From IMG/VR virus record IMGVR_UViG_3300037805_000894: 64,000 nt of DNA; one strand, given 5' to 3'. The translations under genes were made by a program, and so were the position numbers. This DNA comes from a virus. The notes below the pieces were generated by a model. That model ran no database searches and was not told where the DNA came from. It saw nothing but the letters and a program-made list of their open reading frames with translations. Positions 1-10,035 of this stretch are shown here, piece by piece. Numbering within the stretch: position 1 is the stretch's first letter; the number at the start of each line of letters is the position of its first letter.

Positions 1-88
1 AATATCCATATAATCGACGACGTTATTGCGATAGACAACGCTACCACTAGCGAAGTCTGTGTATCTAAAAGTTTCAGCTAGTTCTTTG

Positions 89-658
89 CTATTCATTTTC
101 TTTGTATTCGGCTATGCGCATCTCGTGTTGAGATTGTAGCAGAAGTAAAGGTACATTTTTGATAGATTTTTTATAACCATACCAAATCTGTCTCTTTTTA
201 TTTTCATACTTTGCTTTTTTAATTTTCTTTAAAGCATCCCATTCTAAACGAATCACTCTCAAGAAAGTGATTTCCTGCTTGACTTCTTTGTCCGTCCAAG
301 TCTTAGTTATTTTAGCGGCTGGTCCATTTCTAGAAGAAAAAGCAGCTATGGCTTTATCTAAGCCAGTAATATCTAGATCATTAGCCCACGTAACGCTAGT
401 TACTGCATGTTCGCTAGAGCCTATTGCTGTATATTTAGATGCATTGCTACAGAACTTAACTATAGATGGCACTAATAAACCTTGTAGTTTATCTTGTATT
501 AATATCTCTGTAAAAAAGTTAAGTGAATCTAGTACAATCTCAACTCCATATTGTTTTTGTAGTCTTCTAACTATCCCATATAGATTTACGTCTTTTTCAA
601 TAGCATTACATTCAATTGCAAGTTCTATGAACTTTTTTACGTCATCCGTATCTATCAT
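89..658 (-). CDS. hypothetical protein, coupled to the helicase
   Basis: 189-aa ORF whose start overlaps the helicase stop; no recognisable motif. Confidence 0.6.
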   Translation of the reverse strand: MIDTDDVKKFIELAIECNAIEKDVNLYGIVRRLQKQYGVEIVLDSLNFFTEILIQDKLQGLLVPSIVKFCSNASKYTAIGSSEHAVTSVTWANDLDITGLDKAIAAFSSRNGPAAKITKTWTDKEVKQEITFLRVIRLEWDALKKIKKAKYENKKRQIWYGYKKSIKNVPLLLLQSQHEMRIAEYKENE

Positions 659-2328
659 TTTTGTTTAGCTTCAAACAAGGAGTTAATTAAGTGCGCTGCC
701 TTACCTTTACTATCTATTGCTACAGAGGGTGGTTTGCCCGTTAGTCTTTTAATTAAGTCTAATTGTTTCTTAGTAGCAGGCGCGCGTTTCCATGGGGCAG
801 ACCTTAAGTAGAGTTTAGTTTTATCATAATCAGCGATAATTTTATCGCCTCTTTTAAAACACTCCACTGGGTCTCCTGTATAAGGTTTATTCCATGGCTT
901 TCTAGGTTCTTTCCTCCATAACTCCCAAGAACCCATTGCATTAACTCTAATAGCTATTTTGCCTATACCAGCGGATTGAATTTGATACGAACCATCTGCT
1001 AATTTAGACCAGCTTAATTTTGTTTTCGAGGATATAAATGAATCTATTCCTTGTTCATATATCTTCACCAAAACCTCCAGAATATCCATCCCTTGAAGCT
1101 TAGCGATAATATCATTAGCATCTATTGCATTAACTGCGCGGGCTATATCATCTGGCGGAGCATAAGGATATTCTTCTTCGATCACCTCCTTAACAGCTTT
1201 CCATTCACCATATGTACATTGGCTCATAGGGACATTAAGCACCCTATCCATGTGTACAGGAGGGTTTTTAGTTCTATCATATAGATCTAATAGAAGCATG
1301 TGGTCTTTTCCTTCTGCTAAACGCATACCTCTTCCTAGCATCTGCGTATAAAGAACAGGGGAACGTGTTGGACGCGCTATAATAATTACTTCTGTATCAG
1401 GTGCATCGAAACCTTCCGTTAAGACAGCGCAATTAGTGATTACTCTAAGATGGCCCTTCTTAAACCTCTTAATAATATCCCTGCGTTCCTTCTTTGGGGT
1501 TGCTCCGGTTACAACTGCGGAAATGATTCCTGCATTATTAAATTCGTCGTTTAGGCTTATAGCATGTGCTACATCCACACAGAAAGCGACTGCTTTCTTG
1601 CCCTCCGCTAGATGCATATAGGTATTAACGATCAATTGATTTCTTTCTGGTGTATTAACCGCCGCCGCTAGCTGTTTAACTGCATAATCACCAGCATGTG
1701 TTCTTACTTGGCTTAAATCAGTCTGTGTATGTATATGATGCGACTTAACATCTACCAACCAGCCTTCTAGAATCATATCACCTAATTTTTTCATGTAGGT
1801 AATATCGTCAAAAATATCAGTCAGATTAGCATTATCCCCTCTAAAAGGCGTAGCTGTTATACCTATATGAGTATTGGTTGTATCGGTCTGTCCTATTAGA
1901 TTAAAAAACTTATATATATTTCTATATGAATTAGCCGTTGCGTGGTGAGCTTCATCTGTAATTAATAGAATATTTTCAGGGTTATCTCCAAAAAGTTTTC
2001 TTAATCGTAAGTGATTCTTTTTACCTAGAGTAGGTACAGAACCTACTACTATGTGATCTTCTAACGTACCCTTACTCTCTCCTATCTCTTTACCTATACT
2101 AAGTTTAGGAAAAACTTTTTTAAATGTTTCAGCCGCTTGATCAAGTAATTCTTCTCTGTGCGCTAAGAATAAAACACGGCGTGGTTTAAGGAACTTAGGT
2201 AAATGACTAGCTACTACAGTTTTACCAGCTCCTGTTGGGAGGACGCATAGTTGCTTATTCATGCCCAATTCAAGGGCATCTACGACTGCTTTAATACAGT
2301 CTCCTTGGTATTTTCTTAAACGAAACAC
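655..2328 (-). CDS. superfamily 2 DEAD/DEAH-box helicase (ResIII/Irc3-like)
   Basis: Motifs LPTGAGKT (I), LAHREELLDQA (Ia), DEAHH (II), TATP (III), LTEGFDAP (V), QMLGRGMR (VI). Probable start is GTG at 2328 overlapping the upstream TAG; the ORF track starts at 2361. Confidence 0.92.
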   Translation of the reverse strand: MFRLRKYQGDCIKAVVDALELGMNKQLCVLPTGAGKTVVASHLPKFLKPRRVLFLAHREELLDQAAETFKKVFPKLSIGKEIGESKGTLEDHIVVGSVPTLGKKNHLRLRKLFGDNPENILLITDEAHHATANSYRNIYKFFNLIGQTDTTNTHIGITATPFRGDNANLTDIFDDITYMKKLGDMILEGWLVDVKSHHIHTQTDLSQVRTHAGDYAVKQLAAAVNTPERNQLIVNTYMHLAEGKKAVAFCVDVAHAISLNDEFNNAGIISAVVTGATPKKERRDIIKRFKKGHLRVITNCAVLTEGFDAPDTEVIIIARPTRSPVLYTQMLGRGMRLAEGKDHMLLLDLYDRTKNPPVHMDRVLNVPMSQCTYGEWKAVKEVIEEEYPYAPPDDIARAVNAIDANDIIAKLQGMDILEVLVKIYEQGIDSFISSKTKLSWSKLADGSYQIQSAGIGKIAIRVNAMGSWELWRKEPRKPWNKPYTGDPVECFKRGDKIIADYDKTKLYLRSAPWKRAPATKKQLDLIKRLTGKPPSVAIDSKGKAAHLINSLFEAKQK

Positions 2329-3512
2329 TAGTGTTTTTCCATAATGAGTAAATCCATACACTCATTAGCAAAGCGTCCCTTTTCTGTAGGACGATGTGCT
2401 GTTGTTGGAAAAGTCACATGTAAACGGCTAACTAGTTCGAACCGATTAAATTTTTCTGACATAAGAGTGAAGGTAAGGTCTTCGCTAGGTATGTCAACGA
2501 AGCCAGGTTGCCTTAATAGTATAGCAAACTTTCCCCCATTCTTCAAAGACATAAAAGCATTCCTAGCAACGAGTTCCATCGATTCCATGAACTCCTCAAG
2601 ATCTTGTTTACTTATGTCGTAATTATCTTCATTATCTGAATCCTCCCACTTGCCATTGCCCCACATAAAGCGGGGTACATCTGCAAAAACAAGGTCAGCC
2701 TTCTCCTCTAGTACTTTAGTGACCTGCCATGGCGCTAAACTATTTGCCGTGAAATATCTTTCACCGTGCCGCTGCGCCACTGCATCTACATGGTGAATAT
2801 CCCATGCATAATATTCTCTACCCATATAATGAGCGACATCTGCTTCAGTGCCGCCCCCTACAAAAGGAAATAAGCAGAGGTCTCCAACTTCCGTATAGTG
2901 GTGAAGGATGTTATAGACAATTTGACCAGGAATGCGACCAGGATATATCATACCGAATTTAGCTTCTGGTATACGTGCGCTCCATAAGTTTGTGCGGAAG
3001 ATAGGATCTAACTCTTCTTCGCCTGAAAGTACTCTAATTTCTCTACGAACTTGACTACCTGTTAACGCTTTTTTGATAGCTTTTTTAAGTAAGGTCGCTT
3101 TTTCCTCATTAGAGATCTTAGTAGATTCTGTAATAATACCAGCTACAGATGGAGGTAGTTCTAATAATAAAACTTTATCTTCATCGCCCATGATTTCTTT
3201 TGTGTGTTTAAACCAAATATGGGCATTCTTGATAGACGCAGGGCTTTTACGCGCTTTGAGCGCAAGATCCTTGTACGTCTGGTGCATAGAGTTCAGCCCC
3301 ATTTCTTTTTGTCTTCTCCATTGACCTGGCCCAGACACACCGAAACGGTTAAGTATCACAAAAGCTTTCTCGCATGTATCGTGGATCACCTTCATAACTC
3401 CCCAAGCTGCGAAATTAAGCTGTGCTTCACCAGCAACGAGCGCCTTGGCCCCTTCGTCTAGTATGTTATTGTAACGATCGTTTATCGTAATTATTTCTGG
3501 TTTGTTATTCAT
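2328..3512 (-). CDS. amino-DNA methyltransferase-like protein with helical N-terminal domain and degenerate catalytic motif
   Basis: YPGRIPGQIV..ILHHYT..GD..LFPFVGGGT (SAM-binding motif I); ADLVFADVPRF where DPPY is expected; LKNGGKFAILL. Confidence 0.7.
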   Translation of the reverse strand: MNNKPEIITINDRYNNILDEGAKALVAGEAQLNFAAWGVMKVIHDTCEKAFVILNRFGVSGPGQWRRQKEMGLNSMHQTYKDLALKARKSPASIKNAHIWFKHTKEIMGDEDKVLLLELPPSVAGIITESTKISNEEKATLLKKAIKKALTGSQVRREIRVLSGEEELDPIFRTNLWSARIPEAKFGMIYPGRIPGQIVYNILHHYTEVGDLCLFPFVGGGTEADVAHYMGREYYAWDIHHVDAVAQRHGERYFTANSLAPWQVTKVLEEKADLVFADVPRFMWGNGKWEDSDNEDNYDISKQDLEEFMESMELVARNAFMSLKNGGKFAILLRQPGFVDIPSEDLTFTLMSEKFNRFELVSRLHVTFPTTAHRPTEKGRFANECMDLLIMEKH

Positions 3513-3565
3513 GGGTACTGTTTTAGCTTAATTAAGTCAAATTAAAAAAGAAACCTTTTTTCTTC

Positions 3566-3593
3566 TAGACATGACAGGAAAGGAGTTTACAAT
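3566..3593 (+). promoter_or_regulatory. sigma70-like promoter for nrdJ
   Basis: TAGACA-N16-TACAAT upstream of 3660. Confidence 0.45.
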
Positions 3594-3659
3594 AATCAAC
3601 CACATTTGTGGTGAAAAAAAGCGTAAAAACTTACAAAACAACAGAGAAATCACATTAAA

Positions 3660-5564
3660 ATGGCGTTTGAATTACAAGAAGGGTCTTTAGGACATACAAT
3701 CTTTATGGATAAATATGCATATCCAGGAGAAACAAGCTGGAGAGAATGCGCTAAGCGAGTAGCTCGCACGGCAGCCGATCCAGAGTTCCCAGAAGATAGG
3801 GAAAAAATACAGCAAAAATTCTACGAAACTATAAACGCAGGTGACTTTTGTCCTGGAGGTAGGATTCTTTTTGGATCGGGACGTAGTAACCAGAATTTAC
3901 TAAACTGTTACGTACTCGATCCAGAAGACTCGGTGGAGAGTATAGGTAAAACAGTTTCAGACATGTATAAGATATCCTGTGGAGGAGGTGGCATAGGCTT
4001 CAACTTCTCTAAGATTCGCCCTAAAGGGGATGATATCCAGAACATACGTAACTCTGCTCCTGGCTCTATTTCAGTAATGCGCATGATTAATGAGATAGGT
4101 AACCATGTTAGAGCTGGAAAGAATAGACGTACGGCCTTAATGTCTATTCTTAATGTACACCACCCAGATTTCTTGGAGTTTTTGCATGTTAAGCTCGACC
4201 GTGATGAACTGAATAATTTTAATATCTCAGTAGGTATCACCAATCGATTTATTGAAGCCGTTGAAAAAGATGAGGAATGGTATTTTACTTTTGGTGGTAG
4301 GCAGAATAAGTATTTTATGTATGAAATTCAGCGCCAGTCGGAGGGAGGTAACGATACCATAGAAATCGTTGCTAAGAACGAAGAAGACGCAATTGGAAGA
4401 GCCAGCACTCACCACCTTAAGCATTTTGGAGATACCTTTGAAGGCGTAACAAAAAAAGAGATAATGGCTAGAGAACTTTGGCAGCGTATCGTGGATAACG
4501 CTGTTGAATCCGGGGAGCCCGGGATCTTTAATATTGATTTCGCCAATGAGTACACTAATGTTTCTTATTTTGAGTACATGCCTTCCACTAACCCATGTGG
4601 GGAGGAAGTTCTGCCTGCTTACGGAAACTGCTGTCTCGGTCACGTTAACTTAGCTAATATGGTAATGGAAGATGGAAAAGTAGATTGGGGGCGCTTAAAA
4701 CGCACCATTAAAGTAGGTGTACGTTTTCTAGATAATGTACTCACGGCGAATCACTTCCCTATTCCAGAGTGTAGCGAAGCTGGAAGCAGGTCGCGCAGAA
4801 TAGGTTTAGGTGTTACAGGATTACATTACTTCTTAATTAAAACCGGTTATAAATATGGCTCAGAAGAATGTCTAGAAGAAGTAGCTAGGTTATTTGATAC
4901 GATTAGAAATGAAGCCTATAAAGCCTCGATGCGCCTTGCGAAAGAGCGAGGCAGTTTTCCAGAATACGAATGGACAAAATTAAAAAATGAAAAGTTTTTC
5001 AAGACACTTCCTTCCCATATACGTTCAGACATTAAAAAGAATGGGCTACGCAATGCTGTCCTTCTTACTGTTGCACCTACTGGTACAATAAGTATGGTGC
5101 TCGGCGTTTCAACAGGTTTAGAGCCTATCTTTGCTCCTGTTTACAAAAGACGGTGGCGTACAGGAAGCGAGAATGTTTGGAATGAGACAATTGTGCTCGA
5201 TCCTTTATTCGATGATCTATTAAGTAAGAATAAGTCCGTAGAGCATATCGTAGGCGCTTATGATGTATCCCCAGAAGAGCATATTAAAATGCAAGCTACT
5301 GTGCAGAAATATATTGACTCTGCTGTATCTAAAACGTGTAACTTACCCGCTGATTTTACTCCAGATACTCTTTATAACGAGTTATTAACTTTTGCTTCTG
5401 ACATTAAAGGTTTTACCTTCTATAAAGCAGGCTCAAGGGGCAATGAACCCCTGGAAGCCTTGAGTTTAAAAGATATCAATTTAGACAAGTTAAGGAAGGA
5501 CGGTAAAATAGAAGCGCAGGTTGAATTTGTGGACTCCTGCAAAAATGGAATATGTGAATTATAG
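3660..5564 (+). CDS. nrdJ: class II (adenosylcobalamin-dependent) ribonucleotide reductase
   Basis: PGGRIL, NCYV, GGGIG, TNPCGE, RRIGLGVTG, VAPTGTIS, C-terminal CKNGICEL; no ATP cone and no adjacent nrdB. Confidence 0.92.
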   Translation: MAFELQEGSLGHTIFMDKYAYPGETSWRECAKRVARTAADPEFPEDREKIQQKFYETINAGDFCPGGRILFGSGRSNQNLLNCYVLDPEDSVESIGKTVSDMYKISCGGGGIGFNFSKIRPKGDDIQNIRNSAPGSISVMRMINEIGNHVRAGKNRRTALMSILNVHHPDFLEFLHVKLDRDELNNFNISVGITNRFIEAVEKDEEWYFTFGGRQNKYFMYEIQRQSEGGNDTIEIVAKNEEDAIGRASTHHLKHFGDTFEGVTKKEIMARELWQRIVDNAVESGEPGIFNIDFANEYTNVSYFEYMPSTNPCGEEVLPAYGNCCLGHVNLANMVMEDGKVDWGRLKRTIKVGVRFLDNVLTANHFPIPECSEAGSRSRRIGLGVTGLHYFLIKTGYKYGSEECLEEVARLFDTIRNEAYKASMRLAKERGSFPEYEWTKLKNEKFFKTLPSHIRSDIKKNGLRNAVLLTVAPTGTISMVLGVSTGLEPIFAPVYKRRWRTGSENVWNETIVLDPLFDDLLSKNKSVEHIVGAYDVSPEEHIKMQATVQKYIDSAVSKTCNLPADFTPDTLYNELLTFASDIKGFTFYKAGSRGNEPLEALSLKDINLDKLRKDGKIEAQVEFVDSCKNGICEL

Positions 5565-5583
5565 TCATGTATGTTTTGGGTTT

Positions 5584-5617
5584 AGAGGGATTAAGTTATC
5601 TTAATCCCTCTTTTTTA
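5584..5617 (+). terminator. intrinsic terminator after nrdJ
   Basis: AGAGGGATTAAG-TTAT-CTTAATCCCTCT followed by a T-run. Confidence 0.85.
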
Positions 5618-5646
5618 TTGCTTTTACGTTTATCTTTCTGTATACT
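5618..5646 (+). promoter_or_regulatory. sigma70-like promoter for a probably leaderless tail-operon mRNA
   Basis: TTGCTT-N17-TATACT; ATG 5653 lies 6 nt after the -10 box with no SD. Confidence 0.6.
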
Positions 5647-5652
5647 TACGTC

Positions 5653-6108
5653 ATGGCCGCTATCCCAGGAATTAATTCAAACCCCACTGAGCCTCAGCAG
5701 GTACAGGAAGAAGATACTACAATGAACATCTCACATCTCCTTATAAAAGGTTATGTGGAAGATGTAATAAAAGAAGCACGCTTTGAAGTTAAGTTTAGAT
5801 CACTCACTACGGAAGAAGTGCAGAAAGTAGATACACTTGTTGTAGCTATGAATGGTACAGAAGATCATAGAGCAGCTAGGAATGCTCGTTATTTAAAATA
5901 TCTTGCTATAAGTGTACAGTATGTTTTTATTAAAGAAGGCGCTGATAAAACGACCCAATGGGATTTTTCAGAGTTAGATTCGGCAGGGAAAGAAGAAGCT
6001 TTAAAAAGAACAAGTACTTTTATTTTCAATAAGTTATTTGCTCTTTATATACAGTTCGAAGATAAAGTAGGTTTGTTAATCAAAGAAACAGACCCAAAAA
6101 ACTCCTAA
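5653..6108 (+). CDS. tail assembly chaperone (gpG-like)
   Basis: 151 aa, upstream of the tape-measure-like gene, ending in a slippery sequence. Confidence 0.7.
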   Translation: MAAIPGINSNPTEPQQVQEEDTTMNISHLLIKGYVEDVIKEARFEVKFRSLTTEEVQKVDTLVVAMNGTEDHRAARNARYLKYLAISVQYVFIKEGADKTTQWDFSELDSAGKEEALKRTSTFIFNKLFALYIQFEDKVGLLIKETDPKNS

Positions 6109-6461
6109 AGGTTCCTCGACTATATGCCAGAGGGGCCTTAAAATTAAAAGGCATCGATACTAAATTTGGATCACTAGAAGAATCTTTTCTTTTAAATATA
6201 TATAATTTAGAACGCGAAGCAAAGCTTTATGAGCTTATGCTTTTGGCTTTATCCGCATTAGGGGCCGATGCGAAGAAGATAAAAGATCTTTTAGATGAAT
6301 ACATTCAAGTTCTTTACCCAGAACAGGATACAGCGCAGTCTTCATTTGTCGAGCGGGCCCATAATAGACTAGATAAGCATATTGGAAAACCTTTTATTGT
6401 AGATGAAACATCTAAAGGTAATTACTCAATGAGGACTGATTTTGAAGCTGAAAAAGAATGA
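5653..6461 (+). CDS. frameshifted tail assembly chaperone (gpGT-like, about 269 aa)
   Basis: The -1 frame is open from 6066 to 6461 and contains the 6237..6461 ORF. Confidence 0.8.
6093..6139 (+). promoter_or_regulatory. programmed -1 ribosomal frameshift signal
   Basis: Overlapping heptamers C CCA AAA and A AAA AAC (6093-6102), then stem AAGGTTCCTC(6108-6117)/GAGGGGCCTT(6130-6139). Confidence 0.85.
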
Positions 6462-6489
6462 TTGCAAAAAACATGTATAATCATATATA

Positions 6490-8829
6490 GTGGCTATAGA
6501 AGATACTCTCCGTCTAAAGGTAGAACTAGATCAATCAAATCTAGGCTCTGAGTTAGCGAGTATTCGAAGCAATGTAGCCACAGCGATAACGCCATCGGCA
6601 GGTTCATCTCAAGAAGATCCGGGCGGACACCCAACTAATAAAGATAGCCTTTTCTGGGGGTTAGGTATAGCCGCTAAGCAGCTAGCAGGCGACGTGCAAG
6701 GGGCTGTTGCCTATACAGGCGGAATGGTCACCGACTCATTACGCACTGGCGCGCAGCTAACACAAGCGATAGGCTCTTCCATGGGCCCTATGCCAGAAGA
6801 TGGTGCATGGGGGAACATAAAGAGACAAGCAGGGCGCTTGTTCGGCGCGAATTATGCAAGTGGCTCTATGTCTGCGCAGCAAATAGAGTCACAGGATAAT
6901 GCTTATTTTGGGCGTTTATTTTCTGGCGGCTCAGGAAAAATGTTCGCTGCTGATACAGCCAAAGGAGTATTGGATGTCTTACCATGGCTAGGGACAGGTT
7001 TTAATCCGATTGGCTGGGCCATGGCGTCTGGGATTAACAAAGCGACAGATGCTCTAATAGGTCCAGGGCTTGATAGGTTAACGCATATTACACAATTACA
7101 GAAAATGGGTTATTCTGCGCATGAAGCTGAAGGAGCAATGGAGGGAGGTTTTTGGGCTGGTATAGGACAGGGATTAAATAAAAATCTTAATCCTTTTCAC
7201 GATAAAAAGACGTATCTAGCCGAGGCATGGTCAGAAGGTATTAATGTAAACGGAGAAAACTATACTGGAATACGCGCAGCCGCTGCTTTGCTGGATCAAG
7301 ATCAATTAGATAAATCAGTAGCCGCTTTACAAGGAGGTATGCTTGCTATGAATGAGCTGATGACCAGAACGGGTATGGGTATGGGTTCTGCTAGTCAGCT
7401 TGTTAATTCTTTTGCTCCAACTGGTGCCTTTAATGATAGTGCGCAACTAACAGCGCTCCAAGCTATGTCTGCTCTTGGCGGGAAAACTTTCGATGGTCGA
7501 AATACAAAACACGCTAATGCTTGGATGGGCTCAATTGTACAAGCAGCTCAAGAAGGCTTCCAAACTTATGGAGCAAACTTCTCTTCCCAAAGGGCTTTTA
7601 ATACGGCACAAATAGCCTCTTCAACCTCTGCGCTCACTATGGGGTCTTTAGCGGGCGCATATAATGCAGACATGGCAGTAGCTAATTTTAATCAAACTTT
7701 TGGTGGAATGGATCGCTCCGGAGAAGGTTCCTATGCTATGGACAGGGCTGCTCTAGCTAACGTAGTAGGCGCAGGCTCAGCCTTAAGTCAATCTGAGGCC
7801 TTAACTAGAGGAGGCAAGAGAGATTGGATAGCTTTTGAATATGAAAGAAATAAACTAGCGAGTGATCCGGTAGAAGCAGCAATGGCACTTTTGAATACAC
7901 CAGAATTTGCAAGTAAATCTGTGGAAGAGTTAGCTTTTGATTTAGGAGTAAATACAGATGCTGGACGAGCTGCTGTAAGACAAGCTAAAAATATACATCA
8001 TAATAGAAAAGCAGCAGAGAGTGGAGGTCTATTCACTAGAGAAATAGATCTAAGAAGTGAGCTTAAGGCACAAAACCTGTATGATGCGAACGAAGAATAT
8101 ACAGATTGGGGTGAATTTATATTAACAGCAGGATGGGGCGGGCGTCATATTAGGAGCTCGGCAAAACCTTGGGAATTACATGATGGAACAAAAGTAAGCG
8201 ATGCGGTTATAGGACCCACTCAACAACGCTTAAGGGCGGCGCTGAGCGGCAGAGAGGGTTATAAAGATGCCGACAATAACTATGTATCTACTGACAGAGG
8301 CTGGTTTGATCGCTTAGGTGATAATGATTATACCTTTGGGCAATATAATGAAGCTATAGGCGACGCCTATGAGAAAGGTAATATATTTAGGGCGATTAAT
8401 CTTACATCTCAAGCAATCCTTGACCCTTTCGTTGATCTCTTTACACGAGATTCTCTAGCAGAGAATCTAGCAGACGGAGATCTAAAGGCTCCTATTTTAC
8501 AAAAGCTAATCACCCAGTTTGATTATGATATAACAAAGCTAAGCGAAAAGGAGCTTATACAGATGTCAGGAAACATAGGGAAGCATATATCGAGTGGAAG
8601 GGGCGGAGAAGACCAGGAAAAAGCCCTTAAAGCCCTCGCAGAACTAATCAACGATTTTACTGCTCAATCAGGAATAAGCTCAGAAGCTAAAACTAAAATA
8701 GCAACAAATTTTAACATTGGTGGAGCTGCAAGTGACAAATACGCCTCCTTAATGTCAACTATAGGCGATGCTGCTAATGAAATGGCGCGGCTATATAGAG
8801 AGGACGAACTAGCAGGAAATGTACAATAA
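6490..8829 (+). CDS. tape-measure-like protein
   Basis: 779 aa, Ala/Gly/Met-rich, directly after the frameshifted chaperone pair. Confidence 0.65.
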   Translation: MAIEDTLRLKVELDQSNLGSELASIRSNVATAITPSAGSSQEDPGGHPTNKDSLFWGLGIAAKQLAGDVQGAVAYTGGMVTDSLRTGAQLTQAIGSSMGPMPEDGAWGNIKRQAGRLFGANYASGSMSAQQIESQDNAYFGRLFSGGSGKMFAADTAKGVLDVLPWLGTGFNPIGWAMASGINKATDALIGPGLDRLTHITQLQKMGYSAHEAEGAMEGGFWAGIGQGLNKNLNPFHDKKTYLAEAWSEGINVNGENYTGIRAAAALLDQDQLDKSVAALQGGMLAMNELMTRTGMGMGSASQLVNSFAPTGAFNDSAQLTALQAMSALGGKTFDGRNTKHANAWMGSIVQAAQEGFQTYGANFSSQRAFNTAQIASSTSALTMGSLAGAYNADMAVANFNQTFGGMDRSGEGSYAMDRAALANVVGAGSALSQSEALTRGGKRDWIAFEYERNKLASDPVEAAMALLNTPEFASKSVEELAFDLGVNTDAGRAAVRQAKNIHHNRKAAESGGLFTREIDLRSELKAQNLYDANEEYTDWGEFILTAGWGGRHIRSSAKPWELHDGTKVSDAVIGPTQQRLRAALSGREGYKDADNNYVSTDRGWFDRLGDNDYTFGQYNEAIGDAYEKGNIFRAINLTSQAILDPFVDLFTRDSLAENLADGDLKAPILQKLITQFDYDITKLSEKELIQMSGNIGKHISSGRGGEDQEKALKALAELINDFTAQSGISSEAKTKIATNFNIGGAASDKYASLMSTIGDAANEMARLYREDELAGNVQ

Positions 8830-9260
8830 TGGCTTTAGAACATAATTTAATTTATTTTTCAACACGCGCAAAGGCAGCACAAGAAGTCTCTGCTATTGAA
8901 ACCGAAAAGAAAACAGTTGCTTTCCCGATTGCAACGGTGGCAAATATTATAACTATTAGACAGAAGGCAGATAAAATGGGTTTATCCCTTCCTGTCTTGC
9001 TAAGACGGATGCATGATCCAGATGATATCCATAACGTTGTTGATGCTAATAAACATGCTTTTCTAACTGAAAAAGCTAATACAAATAAACTACTCGATTC
9101 TATCAAGCAGATTAAGGCAGAAAGCGCTGAGAGAGGCGGAAAAGCTCCTTTGATCGCTACTGATTACTATACTATTATATATGCTAGTTATATAAAACAC
9201 CTGAATGAGTTAGAGACATTACGTTTAGCTCAAATCAAAGGAGTAAAACCAAATGAGTAA
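8829..9260 (+). CDS. hypothetical tail-region protein
   Basis: TAATG overlap with the previous gene. Confidence 0.6.
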   Translation: MALEHNLIYFSTRAKAAQEVSAIETEKKTVAFPIATVANIITIRQKADKMGLSLPVLLRRMHDPDDIHNVVDANKHAFLTEKANTNKLLDSIKQIKAESAERGGKAPLIATDYYTIIYASYIKHLNELETLRLAQIKGVKPNE

Positions 9261-10035
9261 TGAAAACTCTAATTTTTATGACGATGTTTACGCTAAAAGA
9301 GTAGTCACTCCTTTAGACGAGCAATCAGATAAAGGCTCTGCTGGTTTAGTCTCATCCAAGGCAGGTCAAAGAAGACGAGATAAAAATGAGCATAAATCGC
9401 TTTTCGCAGACTTCATGCCTTCTATAGCTGTTTATAATATGAAAGGAGGTACCACTAAACCAGGTTTAGTTTTCTCTACTCATCGTATTACTTTTACGCA
9501 GATACAAGAAAGCGTAGCAGAAACTACCCAAATAATGAAAACATTTTCCCCAAAAACAGGTGGAGAAGATGTGCATGTTAATTTTTTTGGAGAACAGCCC
9601 CGCGTATATCAATTTTCTGGGAATTTATTCCACTTAAAGACAACCAAAACTGATTTAGCCACAGATAATTCAAGTGGGGTTACCCCTGACCTCACATCAG
9701 ACGCTAATTGGTTTGATAATTTTAAATACGCTTATGAGAATCTATTAAAAGGAAGCAAGTGTGCTGAGTATGGGTTACAGGTAAGACTCAACTATGACTG
9801 GAGATGGGCGCAGGGTTACTTATTAAACTTCTCGTCTACATTAGCTACATTAGGTTCTGTTCCTTTTACTCTATCAATGTTAGTCAAGAAATCGGGCTTA
9901 TATCATAAAGCAGACTCTTTAACAGCAAAACCTATTGTTGATTCTGCTACAAGAGCGCTAGGGAACGAGGCCCTTAATGAGGGAGCTTTTATGACTACTC
10001 CAGATCAGAAGGTTAGATTTCTTTTTGAGGCATGA
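9253..10035 (+). CDS. putative tail tube initiator / baseplate organiser
   Basis: Position between tape measure and hub; beta-rich pattern (NFFGEQPRVYQFSGNL, GYLLNFSS, PFTLSMLV). Confidence 0.45.
   Translation: MSNENSNFYDDVYAKRVVTPLDEQSDKGSAGLVSSKAGQRRRDKNEHKSLFADFMPSIAVYNMKGGTTKPGLVFSTHRITFTQIQESVAETTQIMKTFSPKTGGEDVHVNFFGEQPRVYQFSGNLFHLKTTKTDLATDNSSGVTPDLTSDANWFDNFKYAYENLLKGSKCAEYGLQVRLNYDWRWAQGYLLNFSSTLATLGSVPFTLSMLVKKSGLYHKADSLTAKPIVDSATRALGNEALNEGAFMTTPDQKVRFLFEA

Noticed and set aside
655-3512. Type III restriction-modification system
   Set aside because: The helicase lacks a nuclease domain and the methylase catalytic motif is degenerate
3660-5564. Intein or intron in nrdJ (also considered for polA)
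   Set aside because: No C/S...HN splice motifs or homing endonuclease; the inserts are short and in frame
6237-6461. Standalone 74-aa gene
   Set aside because: No SD or promoter; better explained as the -1 frameshift extension
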